A stretch of 63,764 nt of DNA, counting the filler, from Folioceros fuciformis (Eukaryota): the NCBI GenBank assembly GCA_049999805.1. It is 4 parts of 3 records of this genome, joined end to end, with 100 filler letters (N's around TTAATTAATTAA, not from the genome) between each part and the next. Parts side by side here need not be neighbours in the genome. Positions count along the whole stretch, not along the records: positions 24,309 to 42,862 come from JBNGIO010006173.1; 3 more parts are not named here. One strand, given 5' to 3'. Positions 24,359-37,960 of this stretch are shown piece by piece. The stretch's first letter is position 1. Each line of letters begins with the position of its first letter. Under the pieces are notes generated by a model. That model was not told where the DNA came from, did not search any database, and saw only the letters and a list, made by a program, of their open reading frames with translations. The position numbers were made by a program, and so were the translations under genes.

Positions 24359-26372
24359 ATGGCAGAATCTTCTGTGTGCAGCGCTCTTGGCGAACTGGGC
24401 TTCTCATGTGGACCATTATCCTGGTTGTGGGAGTAGTTGCGCTTTTGGCTGTGAGGCGGAATGGCGGAAAGAATTGCAGTCTCCCGCCTGGTCCACCTCC
24501 GCTTCCAGTTCTGGGAAATCTGCTCATTTTTTCGACTTCCAGATCCTTGCACAGGGATCTTGCCACGCTGGCCACCAAGTATGGCGGAATAATGTGGATA
24601 TGGTTGGGCTCGAAGGGAGCGATGGCGGTGTCCTCTCCAGCCATGGCTCGTGAGGTTCTCAGAAACCAGGATGCGGTGTTTGCTTCTCGCTCCCCAACCT
24701 ATGTCTTAAGCCAGCTATCTTTCAACGACGTAGGCTTTGCACCGTACGGCCCAGCCATGCGCCATTCGAAGTAAGCGGAAGCGCGTTTCAAAAACGAAGC
24801 TTTCCTCCGGAAAGCTCTAGCGTGTTATCATGTTGTTTGGCGGACTGTTGCTGACGGAAGAATCGAATCGGATTTTTCTACTGACCAAATCCATTTCTTT
24901 CGACTTGACAGGAGGGTGATGGCTACGTAGCTGATGTCGGCCAAGAGGCTGAAACAGTCCGAGGGAGTTAGACTCGAGGAAGTTACTGCCATGGTTGCAG
25001 CAATCCGAAGTCACGTAACCAAGTCCGGGGCGGGCAGGTCATCACCTGTGAACGTTACTCTCCTGCTCAACCTTCTAAATTTTAACTCCATAACTCGTAT
25101 GGGCATGAGCGAGAGATTCTTCGACTACCGTATCCAGGGAGAAGATTCTGGAAAGCAAAGCACCCCAGTTGCTAACCAGGTAGTCTCATTTGCCTTGATT
25201 GGCAGACCTGTCCGCGCGGATCACTACCGGGGTCTCCCTTTTTTCCATGTCTTTTATCGTTTGTTGGGACTTTGTAGGAACAGGTGGTTGAGGATGCAGA
25301 GGATTTCATCAATCTCATGAAGGATCACATTGCTCTCGTCACAACCCAGCTGCTCAGGGATTGCATCCCCTTTCTGTCAATTTTCGATAACTTGAACCCT
25401 GTCAAGCACAAAATTCCCAGGCTTCGTAAGCGGATGAACCAATTCTTGACATCTGTGATTGAGGAGCGCCACAACGAGTTCCGAAGAGACTCAGGCCATC
25501 GTGTTGCAGTTGAATGAAGAAGACCAGCTATCCAACGATTCTGTGAAGGGGCATCTCATTGTAAGCCCCGAACCGGAAGCTTAGCCTAGTACCTGCTGCG
25601 GTGTAATTTAGGAAACTTTCATGTTAGCTGGCACAGCACTGACGCCATTCCTTCATTTGATGTGAAGGACATGATTCTCGCAGGAACCGATACATCAGCT
25701 GTGACCACGGAATGGGCGATGGCCGAGTTACTCCGTCATCCTGCAATCCTAGAGAGAGTACAAGAGGAGGTGAACTCTGTGGTGGGCAGTGATCGCCTGG
25801 TTGTTGAAGCAGATCTTCTAAAACTGCCATATCTTGAAGCCGCGGTGAAAGAAACGCTCCGGTTACACCCACCTTTGCCTTTACTGGTTCCCCACTTTTC
25901 TATGGAGGCCAAGGTAGCAGGCTATGACGTTCCTGCTCAAACAGCAGTATTGGTGAATGCATGGGCTATAAGTACAGACCCTGCGATGTGGAAGGATCCC
26001 CTGCATTTTATTCCGGAGAGGTTTATAGACAGGTATCCGTCATGCCCTCGGATTCAAGTCCCAGTCTTGCCATGCTCTATAGCTCACCTTAATAATACAC
26101 GAATTGTTGTGCCATTGTGCAGGCCGGATGTGGATATCCGGGGCCAGAACTTAGAGGTCCAACCTTTTGGTTCTGGAAGGAGGGGCTGCGTTGGAACAGA
26201 CTTAGGGCTACTAATGGTGCGGCTCACGTTTGCTACTCTGCTGCACAACTTTCGCTGGTCTCTTCCTGACGACGTGAAGATACCTCAAGACCTGGACATG
26301 AGTGAGAAAAATGGACTCACCGTAGGCAGAGCTAAACCCTTGCAAGTTGTGTTCTCCCTTCGACATGCCTGA
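24359..26372 (+). pseudogene. CYP71-clan cytochrome P450 pseudogene (copy 1)
   Basis: Same 5-exon layout as copies 2 and 3, with AGTDTS, ETLR, PERF and FGSGRRGCVG. It has a frameshift near the ATG (~24400), an in-frame TAG at 24928-24930 and a frameshifting deletion at ~25500. Confidence 0.88.
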
Positions 26373-28237
26373 GCGGAACCAGGTAACTACGGAGCCCATG
26401 CAGCCTTGGGACAAATTCCATTCCGATCTTATGAAATTAATGGAATCTTGGCGCGTAAGCAAGCACAGGTTTGGAGCGGAGGCAATCACGCACGTCGACG
26501 GTTCCTGCCGTTTGCAGTTGAGGGGCTAGAAAAAAGGGGTCGGTGCTGGCGATAAAATGCCTATGGATGTCTGCACGACATCCACGCAAAACGCACAACA
26601 ATCGAAACCTTTCCTTTCCGTGCGCGAATTCCGGATGGCCAGCTGGCGCAGCTTTTTCGGTGACGGCGTGTACTCCTAAAAGGAAAATTTCCAAAGAAAC
26701 CATATGGAATAACAATCCCCACTAGAACCGGCCGTTTTTTGTTACGTGTGTGTTGCGGCAAGGCATCCACATTGGCATCAGAGGACGGATAGGATCGTCT
26801 TGGGGTCAGCCCGTCCTCGTCCGCAGAGCTTGTAGCATTGAATGCGTCACGGACTTTGCTGCCACTTCCTACCTCTATTTGGTCTGGAGACATGGTGGGA
26901 TTCTTGCTCCTCATCTACTGATTAAGAGCCTTGCTAACCGAAAATCTAACCTTTCAGTTTTGCATCAGAAAACTTCGTGTCAGTCACCTGCTCCCGAGTC
27001 CTGCAATGTGGTCTAACAAGCATCGTCTGGTGCTGAATCAGACGCTATTCTTGCAATGCACCAGCTCCGGTTGAGCTCCTCAAGGACTTCAACCAGAAGT
27101 CCGAGACGCTTGCAGTTTGCAGATGCTGATCCAGCAACACCAACGGTAGAATCCAAAGAATCCGAAGTATCTTGCTTTGATATCAACTAACAAGGTCCTC
27201 CGTGGCTAGCTAATTCACAACTTCAGATGTTCTTTCTGTTGTGCTATGATGCCTTCCACCGTCTTCTTCGATCTAGTTAGCTGACAGGGGCTCCACAAGG
27301 TAGCTTCTATGTCGTCTGCTAGGGTGACGACATTTCTGCAAGGCTTCGAACGTGCTAGGGCCCTGGAGACGAAGAGCAGATTTAAAGCCACGTGTATCGC
27401 TCTTAAAGAAAACGCTCTCTCGGGGTTGCTCCTGGATCTAGGGTTTTACAAATCGTCCATCCAACGATTTGTAAAACTGTAAGCAAACATCTGGTCGACA
27501 AGGTCAAATAAACTCAAGCCAGGTGTCTCTTAAACTTTGAAAAGGATTTCGTGGCCAGGGAACAAAGTGTCCTCGCTACACTGATAAATGGAGGATAATA
27601 AATCCCTTTACCAGACGGGAATGTGCAACAAACAGGACGTTGGCCATCATGAAGACTGTGCTGAACGGATAACAATCGGTCGATCAGATGAGAAAGAAAC
27701 GACCATGGAAGCAGCAAGGGCGGGAACAATGAACGCAACAGAAGTTACTGGCTATCACGTTACCTGAGGAAGAGGCCCAACACACTTCCTGAGGCCGTCT
27801 TGGGCCGGGCAAAGGCTGGGTACCCGTGAGGTTCCCAAAAAGCCAGGATACTCAGGAACAGAAAGGGATCTACAGTTCCAATTGATAAGGATATTCTACT
27901 GTTCGTAATTGTCTTGCTTCCTGTACTGCGCTTTTTGAGCCAGAGATCTCATGACATGGTCTTTTTAACCTGTACTACCTGGTATCGTCTCCAGGGAATC
28001 CGGAATCGGCGGAGACTTGTCTTTAGCGAGTGCGAGCTGTCACCTCGTTCAGTTCTCCATCCTCCACTGACCTCCATATACGCCGAATTTGTTCATTGAT
28101 TTGAGGGCTGGACAATCGGTGTGCTTCGGAGTGGCGGGATCCATCCGATTCGACCCTACCGAGGGCGAAGTGAGTTCTACATTCAAGGCACCTACCTTTC
28201 GTGAAGCGGGTGGGAGGGTGCCGCGGAGGCAGCTGGT

Positions 28238-30252
28238 ATGGCAGCAATATCTGAATGGACCCTTCGTGTCTTGGGTCTCCCTTTGTGGAGCATCGTCCTG
28301 GCTGTAGGAGTGTTTGCACTTTTAGCTGCAAAACGGAATGGCGGAAGGAGCCGCAATCTCCCTCCTGGTCCACTTCCGCTTCCTGTTTTGGGCAATCTGC
28401 ACATATTTGCGACCTCCAAATCCTTGCACAGGGATCTTGCTAAACTGGCTAGCAAGTATGGGGATATAATGTGGATATGGTTGGGCTCTAAAGGAGCGAT
28501 GGTGGTGTCCTCTCCGGCCATGGCTCGTGAGGTTCTCAAGACCCAGGATGCAGTGTTTGCTTCCCGCTCCCCGACCCATGCTATCACCAACCTAACGTTT
28601 AACGACATAGGCTTTTCTCCGTACGGTCCAGCCCTGCGCCATTCCAAGTAAGCTTTGTCTATGAATATGCTAGGGCTTCAATACTGCATTCGCGAACGTT
28701 TCTGGCCCGACACTGAGTGCTGTTGTGTGTTTCTTACATTTGCACTTCTTTTCAGAAAGGTGATGGCCACAGAGCTGATGTCGGCAAAAAGGCTTAAACA
28801 ATTTGAGGAAGTTAGGTCGCAGGAAGTTGCTGCCGTAGTTGCAACAATACGAAATCACGTTGTGACGTCAGGGGGGTCCCGCAGGTCGTCGCCTGTGAAC
28901 ATGACTCTCCTGCTCACGCTTCTGAATTTCAACAACATAACAAGAATGGGCATAAGCAAGAAATTCTTTGAATACCACATCCAAGACGATGCTGGTCCAG
29001 GAAAACAAAGCAGCACCTCAGTTCCACACAAGGTAATCGGGTTCCCCTTGCTTTCAATATCTATCCATCTCGTTCAGTGCACTCACAAGGTCCCTTTTTT
29101 TCTTCCTAACTTGCAGTTGTTGGGACTTTGATTGAGCAGGTGGTTGAAGATAGCGAGTCTTTCATCAAACTTATGAAAGAGCAAATAGCTGTAGTCACAA
29201 CCCAGCTGCTCCGGGATTGTATCCCCTATCTGTCCATTTTCGACAACTTGAATCCTGTCAAGCACAGAATTCCCAAGATCCACAAGCGCATGGACCGATT
29301 TCTCACAGCTGTAATTGAGGAACACCGCGAGGAGTTGAAAAATGACTCAGGCCGAAGTGCGAAAGACTATGTCGACGTCTTGCTGCAATTGAATGAGGAA
29401 GACCAGCTGTCGAACGACGCTGTCAAGGGACAGGTCATTGTAAGCCCCCAACTGAGATCTATCTGTGTGGTCCAACGTAGGAAAATTGCATGTTAGCTGC
29501 TAGGAAGGCACTGAGCCGTTTTCTATTTGAAGGACTTGTTTTTGGGAGGAAGCGACACGTCAGCCACTTCCACGGAATGGGCGATGGCTGAGTTATTGCG
29601 CCATCCTGAAATCCTGGAGAGACTAGAGGAAGAGGTGAATTCTGTGGTGAGTAGTGATCGGCAGGTTACTGAAGCAGATCTTCCAAAACTGCCGTATCTC
29701 GAGGCTGTAGTGAAAGAGACGCTCCGGCTGCACCCAGTTTTGCCTTTAATGGTTCCTCACTGTTCTCTGGAGGCCACTAAGGTAGCAGGATACGACATTC
29801 CTGCCCAAACAGTGGTGTTTGTCAATACGTGGGCCATAGCCACAGACCCTGCCGTGTGGAAGGATTCCCTCCAATTCATTCCGGAAAGGTTTATCGACAG
29901 GTAAACATCATTCCCAGCCTGATTTCAAGCACTGGTTGCATTCTCGCAATTGCCCTGCCGCAACCTTTATCACTTACAGGATATTACTCTGCCAATGTGC
30001 AGGCCTGATCTGGACATTCGGGGACAGAACTTTGAGGTTCTACCTTTCGGCTCTGGAAGGAGAGGCTGCTCCGGGACGAACTTAGGTTTACTGATGGTGC
30101 ATCTCACTCTTGCTACTCTGTTGCACAACTTCCGCTGGTCTCTTTCTGATGACGTGAAGAAACCTGAAGACCTGGACATGAGCGAAAAAGAGGGACTCAC
30201 CATGGGCAGAGTGGAACCCTTACAAGTTGTGTTCTCCCTTCGACATGCTTGA
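28238..30252 (+). CDS. CYP71-clan cytochrome P450 (copy 2, intact)
   Basis: Exons 28238-28647, 28756-29032, 29140-29439, 29533-29900, 30003-30252. Membrane anchor, PPGP, GGSDTS, ETLR, PERF, haem motif FGSGRRGCSG. Confidence 0.92.
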
Positions 30253-31399
30253 CCGGACCTCGCCTTCCTGCAAATGCGCTCTCGTTAAGAGGCTTTCGCA
30301 TGATTACCCTATCAGCTGACAGGCTACGTTGGGTTGGAAATTGGATAACCTGGAAACCTCTTTCTTCTTTACAAAGAGCTTGGACGAGACCTTGGCTGTC
30401 GTTTGTACTTGAGGCAAGGAGCAAGGAGAGGTCGTTTGCCCTCGGTAGGGCATCTCGCTCTGCAGCAACTTGCTTCACACCTTCACGCGAGGCGCCACGA
30501 TCGTCACCTTTCTGCAGGGACAGCTGGCGAAGCTTGCTTTGTCATTGACGATGGTGTTGCTTAAGGACGAAAGTCCACATGGAGGAGAAAGGAATAACGA
30601 GGCCCTTAGTTGTCCGTGTGTAGGGAACCACAGACGTAGCGCTTCTTTTTGGGACCGTTGGATCAAATTGGAGGGGAAAACTTGTGTGGATGAGTTCGTG
30701 AATTAGCTCTGAAAGATTCTTTCTTTATAATTTTACAAACGCTTGTAATCCATACGCCCTATCCTGATTCTGCATAGGACAGCTTCCACTGTTGTTGATC
30801 ACGGATGGTGTGTAAAGGGCNNNNNNNNNNNNNNNNNNNNNNNNNNNNNNNNNNNNNNNNNNNNNNNNNNNNNNNNNNNNNNNNNNNNNNNNNNNNNNNN
30901 NNNNNNNNNNNNNNNNNNNNCGACGCATGAAACGGGCCGGGTCCAAGTTGGTAATCTTCATTCATCAATTAATTATTAAATTTATAAACCATATAGTTCC
31001 GTTGTGCACTGGCCGGGCACTCATTTGATGTTTGGCTTTCGGCTTGGTGTGATGTGTCTCTCATTTTATGTTTCGCTTTCAGCTTGGTGTGATGTGTGTC
31101 TCTGTATTTGTGATAGGATTTTTAGAGATTTTGTATATTTTTATATATTGATAGATTGATAATTATATGTTGTTTTAATCATGTTGTTATGGTATTCAAA
31201 TCATCGGACATCTCTTGCATTTTATAATGACTTGTTGTCAACTTCTATTTTCATTGTAGTTTTCTTATTTGCTATGAGTGGAGTTTTGGAGGAGTTATCA
31301 TCTAGGAAGCAGAAGAGAGAATGGTGGAAGTTTCCTTGACAAATCACGCTATGGAGAGATATTCACATGCGAGCATGACATAGTAATGGAGTTAAGGTG

Positions 31400-31990
31400 C
31401 AGGATGCTCAAGGGCAATTTGCTTATAGAATGTCATATCCTTTTTGGTCTTAGTTGATACGCTACAACCCTACATTCCTCGCACATAGTTTATATGCTAC
31501 AACCCTANNNNNNNNNNCTACATTCCTCGCACATAGTTTATATGCTACAACCCTACATTCCTCGTACATCGATTAGGGCGCCTCTTCAACTCCACCACGT
31601 AGTTGCTATGGTTCTCCCTCAACTTGCTAGGGGTTACCACCTCATATTGTTGCATATATGTATGGCGTAGGAGCTTCGACTCTAGCTTGGTACACCATTA
31701 TGATTTCAAAGATATTGAGCAATGAGGAAAATTAATTTTCCACATTAGTTAGTGACATATAGGGATGGAACTAAAGCCAACAATCTAAAAGTTCAAGTAA
31801 CTCACAGGTCTACCCAATATGGTTGGAGCTATAGATGGCTCTCATACCAAGGTGGCTACATAGGATAATAGGATTAATAACCCAATTGCATATTGGTGTC
31901 ATCATGATATTCACCCTATTGTATTACAAGGTGTATGTGATGCTGACAAAACATTCATCGATGTATATTGCACTCATCCTAGTATATGCA
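31400..31990 (+). mobile_element. PIF/Harbinger transposase relic
   Basis: GLPNMVGAIDGSH at ~31806-31845, followed by IVLQGVCDADKTFIDVY (DDE_Tnp_4 motifs). Many stops. Confidence 0.8.
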
Positions 31991-32008
31991 GGACTAACAT
32001 AGGAGGAA

Positions 32009-32464
32009 ATGAGAGTGCTCGTAGTTGATCATTATGTATATTCAAATAAGAGAAAGAGAATAGGCTTCATTGAGCAAGTTCGGTATATCCACGACAAGCT
32101 TGATATCTTTTATAGAAAACACGGCCTGGATGAGAAGGCCCCTGTGAAGTGGAAGTTCAACCTATATAGGTTGCTTGGAATGACGGATCAAGGAGAAGAC
32201 CCTCGAGACACTGATTGGGTGCAAAAAATGGTAGATAGGCAGACATTATCATATCAGGTGGCCAAGTGTAGTGGGATCTTGTGGGAAAACGTAGATAGGA
32301 TATTCCGAATGTGGGAGAGAAGTGAGCTCCCTGAACAGATAGTAGGAGAAAGCTCTGGGACAAAGAAACGTGCAAAAGCCAAGAGGAAACCTAGGGAAGC
32401 TGGACTCGCTTCCAGTAGTACGCAAATGTCAGATGAGTCATCGAAAAAGGTTGCAGCAATGTAG
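32009..32464 (+). other. Unassigned 151-aa ORF, probably transposon-associated
   Basis: ATG-started ORF with protein-like composition and a basic C-terminal patch (KKRAKAKRK). It lies between TE relics; no family recognised. Confidence 0.35.
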
Positions 32465-32784
32465 GGAAGGCCTTGGAGGGCTTTTCAAGGAGTCTCATCA
32501 GGGGTTAAAGGTGAGGAAATGCTAATAGTTGTGACGCAAAAGATCATCCAAGGCAAGCTACACTTGAAAAACATCGACACAGAGATAGGGAAGAAGAAAA
32601 AGATACATTTTATACAACATGCTTTCAAGATGGCTTTGAAGTGCGCAACATTTGAGGAAGCAGGAGTCTTACATTCCAAGCACACGGAAAACTCACATCT
32701 GCTTAAGTTCTAAACTGCCTTCATAAAAGTGGTACGCTTGCTTTTTTAGAGCCTTTAGATGTTTTTGAGCATGCTGGTTGGGGT

Positions 32785-33112
32785 ACGCCGGTCTACTGGC
32801 GCACTTCTCCTAGTTTTGTGGAGTGCGCCGGAAGACCCTAAATCTGGAAGACCAGCGCACTCCATCTGATTTCTTTGGAATGCGCTGTCTTCCGGCACAT
32901 TCCGGAAAAATGGCCGGAGTGCACCAGTAGACCGACGCACTCTGGTCATATCTTCGGAATGCGCTGTTAAATAACGCATTGCGGATAAATGGCCAGAGTG
33001 CACCGGTAGACCAATGCAGCCTAGCTACTGTGTCCGGAATGGGCAGTTTTTTGGCGATTTTCCTTGAAAATGACCAGAGTGCGCTGGTCTACCTGCGCAC
33101 TCTGGGTCATTT
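32785..33112. repeat. Cluster of quasi-palindromic ~30-bp repeats
   Basis: About 7 variants of GAGTGCRCYGGTAGACCRGCGCACTC in both orientations. Confidence 0.7.
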
Positions 33113-33689
33113 CTACAATCTGCGATTCAAAGAGGAAGGCATGTTGTCGAAGTGGATTTCGATATAAGATGTACCACTTACATCATGCAACGGGTGAATG
33201 GCATAGCTCTTTGCCAGACTCTGATGAGGAGATCAGCATAGAGCATTTCTCGCACTGGCCCACGAAGTTTTGGGCCAAAGAAGTGTGCGCGGATGGTAGC
33301 GTGGATCGTCGGATGTAGGTATTCAGTTTGTTGGAAAAAAAGGAGAGAGTTTTTCACAATCGGATGACAGACCAGCGGAAGACCTTTATGCTATGACTAT
33401 ATGGGATGAGGATGGAACAATTCCGCCTCAGGCTGTAGACAACCCACATTTCTCTGTTCTACATGTCGAGGGGGACAACTTCGGAGACATAGACGGCCAG
33501 CGACTTAAAGACGTAGATGTTGTTGTCGATTCCGAGGCCAATCAAGAGATTCATGTTTTTGTTTAAAGGTGATGTTGAGAGTAGTGGAAGTGGATAGTAT
33601 ATTATAATTATGAACATATTTGACTATGTCGTTTTTCAATCCATGGGATGTAGATAGATAGTTTCCTGTTCTTTAAACATAGACCCATA

Positions 33690-36600
33690 GCAGAGCTTTT
33701 CTAGATACCAGATCGCTCCCGCCATGGACCATTGCTATCTAGTTTTGCCACAAAGAGAAATGGGACAAGGACCATACCACTCCCCACCATTGGTACTAAA
33801 GTAGTGGCCCTCCCGACTGCCCATCAAGCCCGAATAAGGCAGTTTGCTTGGTAACCAAGATGGTTCTCTCAGGAAGAAGTCTCTATAACTACCAGCCAAC
33901 TTTGTTCCGGATACCTTGCGCATAGTCGCACTGAAAGAAAATATGTTGGCTTTTTTAAGGGGCACCAACACTGCATAACCTGCAACATTCCTCCCCCGTG
34001 GCCATTAACAACCCGTCCCAACGGTCTGCATTAGGCAAGCAAGCTTAAAAGAAACGCCATATGGTAACCCTCACCTTGCGGGGGATCCCTAAGGTCGACC
34101 ACAAGAGTTTGATCGTTACCCTTTGCCGACGCTGGGAAAGCCTCAACCTAGGAGCCAATCAACTTCGTCGAGGAGATTTTTGTGCGCACACCAGTCGGAG
34201 GTAAATGACTGCCGACGGAAAGTTGAAGAGTGATTTTGCGGTTGCCTGCTTACTTCCTCAGCTCCCTAGCCACATATAGAGGTCGAGACGCATCACTAAC
34301 TCCCAATCCTCCTTCAAGCGAAACCAACATCTTACTGGATTTTGTCGCACTGTTGCAGTGCCCATCGTAACTATATATTCTTCGATCAGGATTTTGTTGC
34401 AGGTCCTGTTGCCTTGTTCTTCCTGGGTAAGCCAATGACCCGCCTGCCTAGCCTTGTAGAGCATAGTAATCCCTCTCAGGGCCACTCCACCGATCGCACC
34501 TTCCTCTCTACCTCTCTCCTCCAGAAGCCCCTCTGTGTTCAGCGTCCTATAAGAGAGATTCCCCTTATCATTTGTTAGTGATGACACGAGCACTGCTCTG
34601 TTAAAGTCTGGGAGGGGCACATCCACGTCTTGGTCGGAGTCACATGACCTATCTTCCATGCGGTAAGCTCCCTACATATTGATGCCCACCTGGGCCTGCT
34701 GTAGTAGCGCTTGCTTTCCCCTCCTCTGCCATCCCTTCCAGTAGCCAAGAAAGCATTAGTCTCACATGTCGGATAGGAACCCCAAACTCTTCTCGCGCCT
34801 CCTCCATTGTTTTCCAACCATCCTCTATTCGGTTCCATAAGTGTCCGAGTTGCATAATGCCTCTTCTACTAGCGGAACCAAAGATTTGGGATTGGTACAC
34901 CCGAGAAAGGAAGTCCTGTGACCATAGCCCCTTAAAGCCTTGGAGAGGAAGGCCTAGCACATCATCCCTATTCCTAGGCTTGGCAAGGAGAAGGAAGGCT
35001 TTAACCTTCAAGAAGCTGTGCTAGATTGAGGCAAAGAGAGGAGAACAGTCCTTGGTGTCCAACAGGGGTCTATCTGCCAGTAGGTTGTCCATAGACCTCC
35101 ACCCTCAGGCAACCGCTTGAGTTTGCTGTAAGTGTTGGGTTAACCAACTTTTCCAAGGGTATCCCATTGGGCCAGTTGCCTTCAAAACCCATTGCACATG
35201 TAGGACCTTCATTTTGCTCGTGGGGTCCACCAACTCCAGCCCACCCAAGCGCTTGCTTTGAATAATATGTTGCCACGCCACCTTATGGAAAGAAGAGGGC
35301 AACTCCTTAGACTTGCTCCATAAGAAGTTGGAAATAATCTGTTGCAATCTCCTCAGGTCCACCTTGCTAGGAGCCCACAAGAGCAGATAGTACCATAGGG
35401 AAGCGGACAAAATATGCTTTATGACCACAATTCTGCCTACCAGACTAAGATCCAAAAGACGTAAGCTGGTTGCCTTCCAGATGAACCGGAGGCAAACATA
35501 TTTACCAATCTCCGCATTCTCATCCTCTTCTTGGAATGGCAGGCCCAAGTACTTGTGTGACGAGCCGGGATGGACCCGCACTATGTGCCTAATGTATGCG
35601 GGAGGCTCCCCCTGCGCGTTAATGCACATCATCCTAGTCTTACTCCAATTCACATTGCATCCTAGTAGCTGCCCAAAAATCTGTACCTGAGAGAGTAGGG
35701 CTGTTAATGAAGTTGTATCTGCCGATGAGAATAGCAAGGTGTCATCAGCAAATGCTAAGATACGCAGCTGCGAGCCATCGGGATTCTGAATGCCTTCTAT
35801 CCTTGAGTCTTGCTTGACAGCTCACAAGAGAAAGTCAGTGACAATGATGAACAAGAATGGGGCTAGTGGGCATGCTTGCCGTACCGAATGCGTAATGTCA
35901 AACTTGTTGGTAAAGGAGCCGTTGATAGAGACCATTGCATCTGCATCCTCACAAAGAATTGCAATCCACTTGCAAAAGTTGTTACCAAGCCCCAAAGCTT
36001 CGTAGACATCTCTAAAGGAAGTGCCATTCAACAGAGTCATAAGCCTTGTAGAAATCTAAGGAAATGAACACTGTCGGTTTGTGATGAGACAAAGCGTTAT
36101 ACTTAGCCGCATGCAAAGGCAGCCGGTTGTCTAGAATACACTTGTTCTGGATGAAACCCCGTTGCTCCACTTCCAACCACTCGTCCAGAAAGGGCTTGAG
36201 CCTGTTTGTTAAGACTTTAGCAATCACTTTGTAAGTTGTTGTTAGTAGGGTGATGGTACGCCAATTAGCAATGGAGAGACTAGCATCCTGTTTAGGTAAA
36301 AGGGAGATGAGGCCTAGGTTAAACCATGGGCCCATACTACCTTCTTCCCATATCGCGTTGACTGCCTCCATGAAGAGCGGACTCATAAATTCCCAACCCT
36401 AAGCCAAAATTCGGGGGGGATTCCGTCATGCCCTAGAGATTTGTTCCTCAGCATCTCCTTCAGCGCTTGAGCCACCTCAACAGCTGTGATAGGCTTGTCA
36501 AGAATACTGCATTGCTCTTCTATCACGTTAGCAGGAAACTGCCCATAGGATGAGCTCCAAAGATCCTCCCAACCTGTCAGCTTTTTGAGACTTGCAAAAA

Positions 36601-37960
36601 TCCCTACATAAAAGCAGGTGATCAATTTTTTTAAGCAACTAAGGGAGTCTTGCATGATGCCCTGCGCATCGGGGAGAGTGGGAATTCTTGACTTATGTCG
36701 ATTTGCTGCCACCTTGTTGAAGAAGAACTCAGAGGGGCAGTCTCCTTCTTGCACCCATTTCACTTTAGCCCGTTTATACCATCCCCTGTCTCTATCCTCT
36801 TCAAGCTTTGCAAGGTCACATTGAATTTCCCGGAGCCGACTTTCCTCCTCTCTAGTTAACGCTCGCACTTCTCCTACTCTTCGGATGTATCCCAATTCAT
36901 CCCGAAGAAAGTCCTGTGTCCGAGCCTTGTCTTTTTTGCGCTTTGCGCCTAGCCCCTTCAGAAAGGTGGTGGCTTTACTGTTCGCACTTATAAGCCTTTG
37001 CACAGCCGACTTCTCTCCATGCTCTATTCCTTGCCATAGCTCCTTAATGTGCTCATACACCTCTTCTTCCACTAGAAGGGACGTATTCATCCAAAACCCT
37101 CTCTTATCCCTTTTGTGCCGGAGCTCTCCGGGGGATAGCTGCAAAGTCAAGCTGATCGGGTGGTGGTCTGATAGCACTATACCAGCCAAAATACTATACT
37201 CCTGCACAAGTGGCACCCACGCAGTGAGGACATAGAATCTATCCAGTCTTCGAGCCCCATAAGACGTTGGCTGCTAATTGGACCAGTTGAACCTAAGAGA
37301 GTCTTGCCGACGGTGCGCCAGAATCGCCAGCCAAGGATCTTGCACATTCAGACTAGTGTCCCTTAGTTCTTGCCATGATAAGGGCACCCTCCGGATGTCC
37401 ACCTTGCTGTTCGCTTGGATGTCCTCACGCCTTTCAACAAAATTGAAGTCTCCCGCCAACATCCATGGTATATGATCATTCAGATGTTCACCCAATTGTC
37501 CCCATAAGAAACTCCTCTCCGAACCCTCGTTAGGAGCATAAACGTTGCAGATGCCCAAGGGGCCTTGAGTAGTCTACAACACCACCCAAAAAAATCTCCC
37601 CAATTCGTCTTGCCCTATCTCCATGACGTTTTTTGCTTGTTCTGGATGCATTGTAATAGAGACACCTCCTTTCGTGGCCGAATCATACTCACCGGGGTTA
37701 GAACTAGCTCCTTCTTCTGCAGATCTTGCCCGGACCCACACTATTCGTCCTAATAGGAAGATTTTCTTGACTCGCTGTATGAGATGGGCCGATAGTTTGT
37801 GTTCCTGAATACACACCGCATCCCAAGTGATATCTTCTTGTAGGAGATGCTGCAGCCTATGACACTTAGATGCCGATTTCGACCAACCTTCCAAACCTCG
37901 CACATTCCAGGATAGAACCCGTAAATGAGTCCCCCACTCGTACTTCCCCTAGTGGTCAAT
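33690..37960 (-). mobile_element. Decayed L1/Tx1-type LINE ORF2 (endonuclease, RT, zf-RVT)
   Basis: Endonuclease motifs WNVRGL, CIQEHK, NVYAP, AGDFN, SDHHPI. RT motifs DGIPPEFW, LDFYKAYDSVEW, RQACPLAPFLF, FADD. C-terminal CRLC...HIFFQC. Multiple frameshifts; ORF1 not seen. Confidence 0.92.

Noticed and set aside
26900-27350. Minus-strand coding-like relic (CKRLGLLVEVLEEL) between the P450 copies
   Set aside because: Too degraded to assign to a family.
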